Part shown: in pieces, positions 56,664-64,000 of the stretch | How positions within the stretch are numbered: the first letter of the stretch is position 1 | Layout: the number at the start of each line of letters is the position of its first letter | IMG/VR virus record: IMGVR_UViG_3300025009_000052 | Length of the DNA: 64,000 nucleotides | Reading direction: 5' to 3' (one strand) | Source: a virus | The notes under the pieces: generated by a model | What the model was told of the DNA's origin: nothing | What the model saw: only the letters and a program-made list of their open reading frames with translations | Databases searched by the model: none | Translations under genes and position numbers: made by a program

Positions 56664-57029
56664 ATGATGAAATTAACTACAATTGCTTTATTATTACTTA
56701 TGGTATCTTGTGGACAACAGCAAGGAATTAACGGAATTAATGGCTTAAATGGAACTAATGGCCAAGATGGTATCGATGGCATTAATGGACAGGACGGTCA
56801 AGATGCTCAATTAGAAACTATTAAGTTTTGCCCTGATTTAGAAGATGTTTATCCAAAATCGTTCCCTGAGTATGGACTTTGTATAGGCAATAAAGTATAT
56901 GCTGTCTACTCGACAAATAACACGGCTTTTCTGTCTTATTTGACCCCAGGAACTTATATAACAACTTCAAATGGTATTAATTGTAGATTCCAAGTCGTTG
57001 TAGATAGTTGTGAAGTAATTAATTTATAG
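56664..57029 (+). CDS. Collagen-like lipoprotein
   Basis: Lipobox LMVS-C, about 10 G-X-Y triplets, Cys-containing C-terminal domain. Confidence 0.75.
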   Translation: MMKLTTIALLLLMVSCGQQQGINGINGLNGTNGQDGIDGINGQDGQDAQLETIKFCPDLEDVYPKSFPEYGLCIGNKVYAVYSTNNTAFLSYLTPGTYITTSNGINCRFQVVVDSCEVINL

Positions 57030-57037
57030 GAGATCTT

Positions 57038-57292
57038 ATGGAACAAGAAGACAAATTCGACGATAATGACACCAAATTATTTGATATTTTAAATGATAGT
57101 TGTTTACAATGGAATAGATCAACTGAAGATGAAGTCTATGTCTGGGTAAGTGGATATAAAATGCCAGACTGTTATACTGTTGAGAAAGCCGCAATGAGTT
57201 GTAGATACGTATGTATAGATATGCAATACGACAGTCATTCAATGAAAACACTGGTAACCCTTAAAAAGAGAAAAACTAAGGAGTCCTTATGA
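57038..57292 (+). CDS. Hypothetical protein
   Basis: AGGAG RBS, in operon. Confidence 0.55.
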   Translation: MEQEDKFDDNDTKLFDILNDSCLQWNRSTEDEVYVWVSGYKMPDCYTVEKAAMSCRYVCIDMQYDSHSMKTLVTLKKRKTKESL

Positions 57293-57810
57293 TGCCTACG
57301 GCAAACCATACGTTGGAACAAATGAAGAAATATATTGGACATGTGGCTATATATTCAGACCCCCTAATACCAGTTGGCCTAATTCCATATAGAATAGAAG
57401 ATTTTGAAGAAAGATGGATAGGCTACGATCTTCATATATTTATTACCCTACATAGTATACCATTAAACAAAATAGTTGCTCTACAATCAATTCGCTTAAT
57501 ATCGGACTACAAACCCGAACAGATAGTAGAACATACAGATAGCTATATTACCACGATAGAGAGTGTTGTTTATAAGGGTCTTGATGTTTTTGAGTATAGG
57601 GTGATTCAAGCCAATTCCTCAGACGGCAGTAAGTTTGTAGCCACCTACACAGCACAGGACATAGCCGATACTATTAAGCGAGGTAAGGCTCCGATAGATC
57701 TGTTTATGTGCCATAATCAGTGTTCTCACCCCAACAAACGTGAAGTTCACTTAATAACTAGTAAATATTTGTATTGCCCCGACTGTAAACAGGATTTAGG
57801 AGATATATGA
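57289..57810 (+). CDS. Hypothetical protein with C-terminal Zn ribbon
   Basis: CSHP...YCPDCKQD. Confidence 0.6.
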   Translation: MMPTANHTLEQMKKYIGHVAIYSDPLIPVGLIPYRIEDFEERWIGYDLHIFITLHSIPLNKIVALQSIRLISDYKPEQIVEHTDSYITTIESVVYKGLDVFEYRVIQANSSDGSKFVATYTAQDIADTIKRGKAPIDLFMCHNQCSHPNKREVHLITSKYLYCPDCKQDLGDI

Positions 57811-58100
57811 AAACACAAAAAGAACTATGGGATGGACTGGAAGAGGTGTTTAAAAACAAAGACAACCCTAAGTATTGGAAATATATGATATGGGATATCT
57901 ATCTATTTGGCCAATCTATCTCCATCTACAATAGCTCGAATGGACTTAAAATATATCTATGTGAAACATATCCATATAAAACAGATGGAGAAGTACCTCT
58001 GATCTTCATAGATCTGTGGTATATTAATATGACGATCGATAGTTTATTTCTATATAAAATAGCTTATTGGCTTAAATATAGGGAGTGGATTAAGGATTAA
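57807..58100 (+). CDS. Hypothetical protein
   Basis: ATGA overlap. Confidence 0.55.
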   Translation: MKTQKELWDGLEEVFKNKDNPKYWKYMIWDIYLFGQSISIYNSSNGLKIYLCETYPYKTDGEVPLIFIDLWYINMTIDSLFLYKIAYWLKYREWIKD

Positions 58101-58101
58101 C

Positions 58102-58338
58102 ATGGGAAAGCGTGAAATATATAAACTAATAAATAATGGTGAAACCTTTCAAGAGTGGGATATGTCTGACTGGCAGTGCAGTGGGGCATTGGGCTACCAA
58201 CCTATAAATGAATCCTGTGGTGGGTGTGTAGGATGTTTATTAGCTCAAGCTATATATGCTGGAATTGAGTTTGAGGTAGAGTACGAAGACAATGAAAGAA
58301 TAGTGTATAAAAGCACTGAGGATTTAAATGAGGGTTAA
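58102..58338 (+). CDS. Hypothetical Cys-cluster protein
   Basis: C...CGGCVGC. Confidence 0.55.
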   Translation: MGKREIYKLINNGETFQEWDMSDWQCSGALGYQPINESCGGCVGCLLAQAIYAGIEFEVEYEDNERIVYKSTEDLNEG

Positions 58339-58519
58339 TATAGAAGTAGTTCTATTCCGTAAATCTATCCCCGGCTTAATCAATATTTTTCATATCGAGG
58401 TAAATAGGTTACGGTTTACAATAACATATTGTAAAAACTTTAATCATCTCTTGATTAGTGTAAGTATTTGGAATTACTATAGAAGGAAGGTATTTAAGTT
58501 GAATAATAAAAAACATTGA
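58328..58519 (+). CDS. Hypothetical protein
   Basis: In operon. Confidence 0.45.
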   Translation: MRVNIEVVLFRKSIPGLINIFHIEVNRLRFTITYCKNFNHLLISVSIWNYYRRKVFKLNNKKH

Positions 58520-58544
58520 CGGCTTAATTATCGTATGTTATTAT
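58516..58544 (+). promoter_or_regulatory. Sigma70-type promoter
   Basis: TTGACG-N17-TATTAT with extended TG. Confidence 0.75.
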
Positions 58545-58565
58545 TAAGATAACATAGGAGATTAT

Positions 58566-58913
58566 ATGAGAATGTGGATGGTTGATCCTAAAATTCTTTG
58601 TAAAAATCATTTGTTAGGGGAACACGGCGAAATACACAAGTTCTTTAAACAGTTTGTTAAGAAATATAATATGAACGGTAGGGCTGGCCAGATTGAACCC
58701 AAAAGCATGAAACAAAGACACGATGAATTGGTTAATGAAATGATAAACAGAGGCTATAACCATAATTCACCCTATAGCCAACCTGATGTAGATTATTTAA
58801 ATCATATGTGCTCTGTTGATAAAGATAAGTCATTAGAGCTGTTACTAGATAGATGTGAACATTGTAGTGAGAGACTTAGGAGGATGAATGAAAATAGTAT
58901 TGGGAGACGGTAA
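58566..58913 (+). CDS. Pyrimidine-dimer DNA glycosylase (DenV-like family)
   Basis: MRMWMVDPKILCKNHLLGEHGEIH...RHDELVNEMINRGYNH. Confidence 0.8.
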   Translation: MRMWMVDPKILCKNHLLGEHGEIHKFFKQFVKKYNMNGRAGQIEPKSMKQRHDELVNEMINRGYNHNSPYSQPDVDYLNHMCSVDKDKSLELLLDRCEHCSERLRRMNENSIGRR

Positions 58914-59112
58914 ACATTCTATTAGTGTAAATCTAAATACACTTATTATTGAAGAATTGCCTGAGCAATTAGATGTAGGAGATATAGTTCCTAATTTTGT
59001 TGAAAAGAAAGAGGTTCTAAAAATCGCAGTTACCGACTTAAGTGTTTTTAAAATATTAAGAGATGCTGTAGACCAAATGGAAAAAAACTCAATAAAAAGT
59101 ATGGCATGTTAG
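58888..59112 (+). CDS. Hypothetical protein
   Basis: AGGAGG RBS. Confidence 0.55.
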   Translation: MKIVLGDGKHSISVNLNTLIIEELPEQLDVGDIVPNFVEKKEVLKIAVTDLSVFKILRDAVDQMEKNSIKSMAC

Positions 59113-59119
59113 GATAAAA

Positions 59120-59908
59120 ATGATTAATCTAATCCATGGTGACTGTATAGAAAAATTAAAGGATATTCCTAGTGAATCCGTAGATTTAGTTGTTACCTCA
59201 CCGCCTTACGATAATTTAAGAACTTATAATAATTCGTCAATGTGGAATTTTGATCTCTTCAAGCAAATAGCCCAAGAGTTAACCCGCACACTAAAACAAG
59301 GTGGTGTAATCGTATGGGTAATTGGAGATGCTACAGTTAAAGGAACCGAAACTCTTTCAAGCTTCAAACAAGCTATTTTCTTCAAAGAGCAGTGTAATTT
59401 AAATCTACACGATACCATGATTTATCATAAAGATAATCCACCTCCAGTAGGTGGAAGTAACCGATATTATTCAGCTTTTGAATACATGTTTGTATTCTCC
59501 AAGGGTAAGCCTAAAACCTTCAACCCAATCATACAGCCAAGAAGAAATAAGCACTGCGATAAAAGAACCCATAGAACTAAGGTAATGAATAGAGAATCAG
59601 ATGGCACCTTCAAAATAAAGAACGTTAAAATCAATGAAAACGTTAAAGTACAAAATGTCTGGACATATGTGGTAAGTGGTGGCTCAAGTTCAACGGATAA
59701 AATAGCGCACCAGCATCCAGCTATATTCCCAGAAAAACTGGCTCAAGACCATATCTTAAGTTGGTCAAATGAATTGGATTTGGTTTTGGATCCGTTTATG
59801 GGATCTAATACAACGGGTAAGATGTGTAAGATTTTAAATCGTAACTTCATAGGGATTGAAATAGACGAAACCTATTATAACATAGCTAAGCAAAGATTGG
59901 AGTTGTAA
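59120..59908 (+). CDS. Beta-class N4-cytosine/N6-adenine DNA methyltransferase
   Basis: VTSPPY, HPAIFP, VLDPFMGS, FIGIE. Confidence 0.93.
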   Translation: MINLIHGDCIEKLKDIPSESVDLVVTSPPYDNLRTYNNSSMWNFDLFKQIAQELTRTLKQGGVIVWVIGDATVKGTETLSSFKQAIFFKEQCNLNLHDTMIYHKDNPPPVGGSNRYYSAFEYMFVFSKGKPKTFNPIIQPRRNKHCDKRTHRTKVMNRESDGTFKIKNVKINENVKVQNVWTYVVSGGSSSTDKIAHQHPAIFPEKLAQDHILSWSNELDLVLDPFMGSNTTGKMCKILNRNFIGIEIDETYYNIAKQRLEL

Positions 59909-60255
59909 TGTTATTTTGGACATTTGTAATACTGAATACGTTACTATATGGATTTTATTCTTATTTAGGATATCAAACTTCTTTTAAATCAAGTATTTAC
60001 TATATACCCCTATGCTTGTTCATAGCACTAATAGGAAATGCCATGTGGCTAATATTTACTAAAGTAGAAACCCAATCTAATCAAATATTCGTAGGTGGAA
60101 TAATATGGGACTTTTTACTAAGTCTTTCATTTATAATAGTTCCATTTTTGTTTTGTAGTATTAAGTTAAATAAGGTTTCTTTAGTAGGATTATTTATTTG
60201 CATAATCGGTTTAATCCTATTGAAGGGCGGAGATTGGATAGAACAGAATTTATAA
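59908..60255 (+). CDS. 4-TM membrane protein (SMR/DMT-like)
   Basis: Four hydrophobic helices; terminal GLFICIIGLILLK. Confidence 0.6.
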   Translation: MLFWTFVILNTLLYGFYSYLGYQTSFKSSIYYIPLCLFIALIGNAMWLIFTKVETQSNQIFVGGIIWDFLLSLSFIIVPFLFCSIKLNKVSLVGLFICIIGLILLKGGDWIEQNL

Positions 60256-60270
60256 ACAAAGGAGATTAAA

Positions 60271-60711
60271 GTGAAATTAGGATATTCAACAAATATTATG
60301 GAATTAAGGTGTTTTATAGGAAAATACGTTTGTTTCCGTAAAAGTAGAGAGTATGGAGACTCCAAGACAATTGACAATTACGCTGTGGAACAGATAGATT
60401 CGTTTCAAATTTATGCAAATCCACTATTAGTAACTTGTCTTGATAGTCGTATTGATTTTAGCGATATTATGGGAATATCTATTTTTAGTCCGGGCGAAGT
60501 AATGGATACAGGGAAAACGCTCTATACAGTATTGGATATACGACAGGTATTTGTGGGCAACCCTGTCCGACAGATGAAAAATATTCATACTTTTGAATAC
60601 TTGGTAAGAAGGGAGCCTTATTTTAAAGAAGATGATGAGGTTACAGAGTATTGGTTCACAGAGCGGGAGCTTGTTCGTCTAACTCAACATGATGATAATG
60701 AGGAAGCTTAA
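60271..60711 (+). CDS. Hypothetical protein
   Basis: AAGGAG RBS, GTG start. Confidence 0.55.
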   Translation: MKLGYSTNIMELRCFIGKYVCFRKSREYGDSKTIDNYAVEQIDSFQIYANPLLVTCLDSRIDFSDIMGISIFSPGEVMDTGKTLYTVLDIRQVFVGNPVRQMKNIHTFEYLVRREPYFKEDDEVTEYWFTERELVRLTQHDDNEEA

Positions 60712-60712
60712 G

Positions 60713-61003
60713 ATGATAGATAAACTAAAGAAAATACTTAGTGCTGTTAAAGAAATGACAGTAGAAGATTTAAATGATAGGTTAGTAAATGTGCCTAAAG
60801 AAGAATCTATGATTGATCTAGCAAATAAATTAAACAATGAGGTTATCGCTTACGAACACGAATACTATATAGGTTCAACACATTGCTGGGCAGTTAACAC
60901 TTGGACATGGGAGGAATATAGAGACGATAGCTATGGCCAGCACTACCCCACGGTAATAAGACATATAAGAACTAGAGAGTTAGTATATAAACAAACTTTA
61001 TAG
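60713..61003 (+). CDS. Hypothetical protein
   Basis: Last gene of the + strand array. Confidence 0.55.
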   Translation: MIDKLKKILSAVKEMTVEDLNDRLVNVPKEESMIDLANKLNNEVIAYEHEYYIGSTHCWAVNTWTWEEYRDDSYGQHYPTVIRHIRTRELVYKQTL

Positions 61004-61699
61004 TAATCCTTATAATTAGCTAAAACTACTAAATAATCTACCATACTAAAATAAGTTTTTTACGTTAAAAACATATTTAACATCTATTTTTACTTAATAA
61101 TTTTTACTTAATAATTTATACTTTAAGCATAGTTATGACTAAAAACCTATACTATGTATGTATAAAAGCAATTTAAGTTAACCGTATCAGTTGGAAATCA
61201 TTTGGTTTTAGGAATTATACATACATTTAAACAACTATGCCTAAGCCATGTATATACATCATAATGCTTATAGTTATAAATAAACAGCATTATCTTGCTT
61301 ACAATTACAATCTTTAGATAGCCTAGATAAAGAACCATTTACTTGACATCACGAAAATGGTATAACAGGTAAAGCATTTTGTTGACCTCGACAATATGGT
61401 TTAATCACGATGAGGGCTATAGGTAGGTTTACAGTAAACTATAAACTATAAACCATTAGCGGTAAGTAAGCGGTAAGGTAAGGGATAGTGGCGGTAAGGT
61501 AATGAGGGGTTTATGCAGGTAGATAGCCTGGCCAGAGTGCGAAGTAAGCTAACTTGTTGATTATACGACTACTAAAGATTTTACTGAGATTAACAATATC
61601 GCTAATATAGGTAAAAAGTTTAGTTTGCTAAATTCCACCTAATTTCAACTACTTAGCAAGATCACCTTTTAAGCCGTGATTTTGTATTCGTGCGCCTAA
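61004..61699. other. Structured non-coding junction between convergent gene arrays
   Basis: No long ORF; nested inverted repeats, GCGGTAAG x3, IHF-like sites. Confidence 0.7.
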
Positions 61700-61915
61700 C
61701 TACGTCTTATTACAGACATTTCTTTGAATATAATCTTGGTACAATATCACTACAAAACTAAACACCCTAAATATCAAAACTATAGAGAAAATCAATAAAA
61801 CTCTATTATCTGGGTGTAGAATAACATCTTCGATAACTTTAAGTATCTTACCCCAGTAGGCTACAAGTAATATGATCAATAGCAAAATTGACGATTCTGA
61901 TATAAATTTAAGCAT
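61700..61915 (-). CDS. 2-TM membrane protein
   Basis: Two hydrophobic segments; GAGGAG RBS. Confidence 0.55.
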   Translation of the reverse strand: MLKFISESSILLLIILLVAYWGKILKVIEDVILHPDNRVLLIFSIVLIFRVFSFVVILYQDYIQRNVCNKT

Positions 61916-61918
61916 AGA

Positions 61919-62191
61919 TTACTCCTCTAGTTTTATATATTTAGAAATACCATCAACTATCGCTCTTTGAAGTTGTTCAATACTCAACTCATTTTTTGTC
62001 ATAATTTGGTGACAAAGAACGGTAGCAAGTGTTTTACAGGTAATATCTTCTTTAGATCTGTCATTAATAACTTGGATATTTTCGCCTAGTTTAATCAATA
62101 TTCCTATCTCTTCTAGGGTCACATATTTACCTTGAATGGTATCGTAAAGTTTACGGTTTTGGTATCTTTTAATAAGATGTGTATTTTTCAT
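61919..62191 (-). CDS. PhaR-like (PHA accumulation regulator) DNA-binding domain protein
   Basis: IKRYQNRKLYDT...YVTLEEI...DIT..TL signature. Confidence 0.88.
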   Translation of the reverse strand: MKNTHLIKRYQNRKLYDTIQGKYVTLEEIGILIKLGENIQVINDRSKEDITCKTLATVLCHQIMTKNELSIEQLQRAIVDGISKYIKLEE

Positions 62192-62376
62192 AAGTCCCTC
62201 CACTGGTTATAGATATCAATGACCACATATCCTAATACCCAACCAGATACTAAAATAGTCACTACTAAAAAGGCCATATATAGTAAATCACCCGGTATGA
62301 GACTTAGTAGAAGATATATCCCAAGAAATACAGCAAAAACTACTAATCCAACTAATGGAGCCCATTTAAAACTCAT
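62188..62376 (-). CDS. 2-TM membrane protein
   Basis: Hydrophobic MSFKWAPLVGLVVFAVF... Confidence 0.55.
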   Translation of the reverse strand: MSFKWAPLVGLVVFAVFLGIYLLLSLIPGDLLYMAFLVVTILVSGWVLGYVVIDIYNQWRDL

Positions 62377-62536
62377 AATCCCCCACATATTCATAATCAT
62401 CCAACCATTTTTTAAAATTATTATTGTAGTATAATATACAGCAATCGCTGTACGTTACGAGTCCTAAATCATCTTGGGGGTCATAATCTACACATACTAT
62501 CTCGTCCTTTATTTTATGCACATAAATTTTAATCAT
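62366..62536 (-). CDS. 56-aa hypothetical protein, tandem paralog of 62533..62697
   Basis: Hand translation MIKIYVHKIKDEIVCVDYD...DYEYVGDYEF. Confidence 0.6.
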   Translation of the reverse strand: MIKIYVHKIKDEIVCVDYDPQDDLGLVTYSDCCILYYNNNFKKWLDDYEYVGDYEF

Positions 62537-62697
62537 AATTCCCCCACTAGTTCGTAACCCTCTAATATTCTGTTGAAATCGTGGTCATCATAGACTTGAA
62601 CCGTATATTCACTAAATCTGATATAGCCAGTATCTAGGTAGTAATCGTAATCGGTTACTATAATTTCATCGCCTCTTTTATGTATGTAGATTTTCAT
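62533..62697 (-). CDS. 54-aa hypothetical protein
   Basis: Hand translation MKIYIHKRGDEIIVTDYD...GYELVGEL; AAGGAG RBS. Confidence 0.65.
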   Translation of the reverse strand: MKIYIHKRGDEIIVTDYDYYLDTGYIRFSEYTVQVYDDHDFNRILEGYELVGEL

Positions 62698-62706
62698 AAC
62701 TACTCC

Positions 62707-62868
62707 TTATTTAATCTCTTGACCTTCACACCCAATACACTTGCCAAATAGCCAAGGTATAAGGCCGGGACACATCTTGTGAATAATTGTTAATTTAATA
62801 CCCACTGAGCCTAATAATTCAGTGGTGTTCCAAATAAAACAATAAATATTACTTATAGGAAAGTACAT
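62707..62868 (-). CDS. 53-aa hypothetical protein, paralog of 17513..17671
   Basis: Hand translation MYFPISNIYCFIWNTTELLG...PWLFGKCIG. Confidence 0.7.
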   Translation of the reverse strand: MYFPISNIYCFIWNTTELLGSVGIKLTIIHKMCPGLIPWLFGKCIGCEGQEIK

Positions 62869-63086
62869 TAGAGCTCCTTGGTGTAGATTTTAAATAAATC
62901 CGTAGTTATTGCCTCAGACCGTATCTTTCGGCACTTTCCATTTACGATACAGATATCAGAAAAACAACTATACAGGACCTCGAGGTCCGTCTTGGTTATT
63001 GTGGTGCTAAAGCAGGAAGCACTGCATAAGTTACGGTAAATACGCCTCACATTCTTTTCTTGTTTTGGATTTTGTGATTCTTTCAT
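62868..63086 (-). CDS. Hypothetical protein, paralog of 17671..17874
   Basis: Start MKESQ; shared motifs. Confidence 0.7.
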   Translation of the reverse strand: MKESQNPKQEKNVRRIYRNLCSASCFSTTITKTDLEVLYSCFSDICIVNGKCRKIRSEAITTDLFKIYTKEL

Positions 63087-63538
63087 TTTCTTATCCAGTT
63101 GGGTTTTAGTATTATATTTAAACAATCCGCACAGGGTTTGTCATAGGCCGATAAGCGAACGAACTTACAATCACCACATAGTCTTAGAATATCGTTTGGA
63201 GATTGTTTTTCTGGAGTGATTTCTGGGGGAACGTCAGCTTCTTTAGCCTCAAATTTAGTGTAACCACCAATCCACATACACAAACCACATACACCTTCGC
63301 CAGGTGAATTGTCAGAAAACTTACAATCACAACAAACACAAGGTGTTGTTTCTTCATCTATTTTTGGAACATCGACGACCACATTGTTAATTTCTAGAAG
63401 CTTGTCAACTGTTTTCTTAGCCCTATGCTGTAAACCATAATCTTGGTCTATATACTCATTATTAGTCCCTTCTTTAGCCACAATCCCACCTAATACAGTA
63501 GCTTGTAGTTTTAAATAGGCTTCTATTGAAATTTTCAT
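63083..63538 (-). CDS. Cys-rich hypothetical protein
   Basis: Two C..CKF.......C..C modules. Confidence 0.6.
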   Translation of the reverse strand: MKISIEAYLKLQATVLGGIVAKEGTNNEYIDQDYGLQHRAKKTVDKLLEINNVVVDVPKIDEETTPCVCCDCKFSDNSPGEGVCGLCMWIGGYTKFEAKEADVPPEITPEKQSPNDILRLCGDCKFVRLSAYDKPCADCLNIILKPNWIRK

Positions 63539-63561
63539 AATGATCCCCCTTAACAATATTT

Positions 63562-63831
63562 TTACAATCTAATCCCTGCATATGCACAATCTTGCCTTTG
63601 TATGGTCTTCCATTTTAAATAGTCTTTTTCTATACCAGCTTGACTATAAGCTGCGACAACAAAACCAGCCTGTACACATATTTCTATTTTATCTCCGCTT
63701 TTTATAGCTAATTTATATTGGTTAAGGAATTGTTTTATGACCTTTTCGTGAACGCCTTTCATAGTGGAGTTGGAATTGACACACCCTGTTAATACAATTG
63801 TCACGATCAATGCTAATAAAACACTTTTCAT
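63562..63831 (-). CDS. Lipoprotein
   Basis: Lipobox VLTG-C. Confidence 0.65.
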   Translation of the reverse strand: MKSVLLALIVTIVLTGCVNSNSTMKGVHEKVIKQFLNQYKLAIKSGDKIEICVQAGFVVAAYSQAGIEKDYLKWKTIQRQDCAYAGIRL

Positions 63832-64000
63832 ATTTTTTCCTTTATTTAGCGGTAATTATTTACTACTCTCCACAATATATCATCCTTTTAATAATATTTT
63901 TCTTCAAATTTATCTTGGCTCATACATAAAAGAATTATTAAGTCTATAAGGACTATAAAGAGTGGTAGAAAAGTCCAGAAGAAAAACAAGAAGAAAAAAA

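Noticed and set aside
61343-61366. Perfect TTGACA/TATAAC sigma70 promoter
   Set aside because: The spacer is only 12 nt; kept only as an extended -10 candidate
1583-63949. Many antisense or nested ORFs in the track (e.g. 5992, 12504, 20195, 28817, 40259, 49705)
   Set aside because: Shadows of real genes on the opposite strand or frame, without RBS or recognisable motifs
1-64000. Stop-codon reassignment or tRNA genes
   Set aside because: Genes are full length in the standard code and use all three stops; I saw no cloverleaf or T-loop motif in intergenic DNA, although tRNAscan was not run

Overview
This window is an AT-rich segment of a large contractile-tailed (myovirus) phage genome read in the standard genetic code, with Herelleviridae/SPO1-Twort-like capsid, portal and sheath proteins. 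All family calls come from motif recognition by eye; no searches were run. From left to right it holds: a partial portal; a terminase with two inteins; a GroEL-like chaperonin, phosphoesterase and AAA ATPase; a major capsid/scaffold operon divergent from the prohead protease and a Nudix gene; a block of small early genes; and a long head-neck-tail region (sheath, tube, beta-helix fibre). After that come a probable lysis cassette, an iteron-like putative origin, two DNA methyltransferases, a DenV-like glycosylase and a structured 0.7-kb non-coding junction. The best candidate for an undescribed system is a set of probable capsid-internal polyproteins whose domains are separated by a recurring hydrophobic-x-K|S/A/G motif, the same motif found at the capsid N-terminus. 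Their predicted cargo is a SAM-lyase-like domain, two ADP-ribosyltransferase-like domains, a DdrB/LPD1 zincin, a GNAT-like domain and a lysozyme-like domain behind a cryptic signal peptide. The same region encodes an mCpol-like (Panoptes OptS/Cas10-palm-like) domain whose gene has a clear -1 frameshift extension. A candidate late promoter (AATCTTTA) and a class of leaderless sigma70 cassettes are visible directly in the DNA. A PhaR-like gene tentatively suggests a Bdellovibrionota/Myxococcota-type Gram-negative host (inference).
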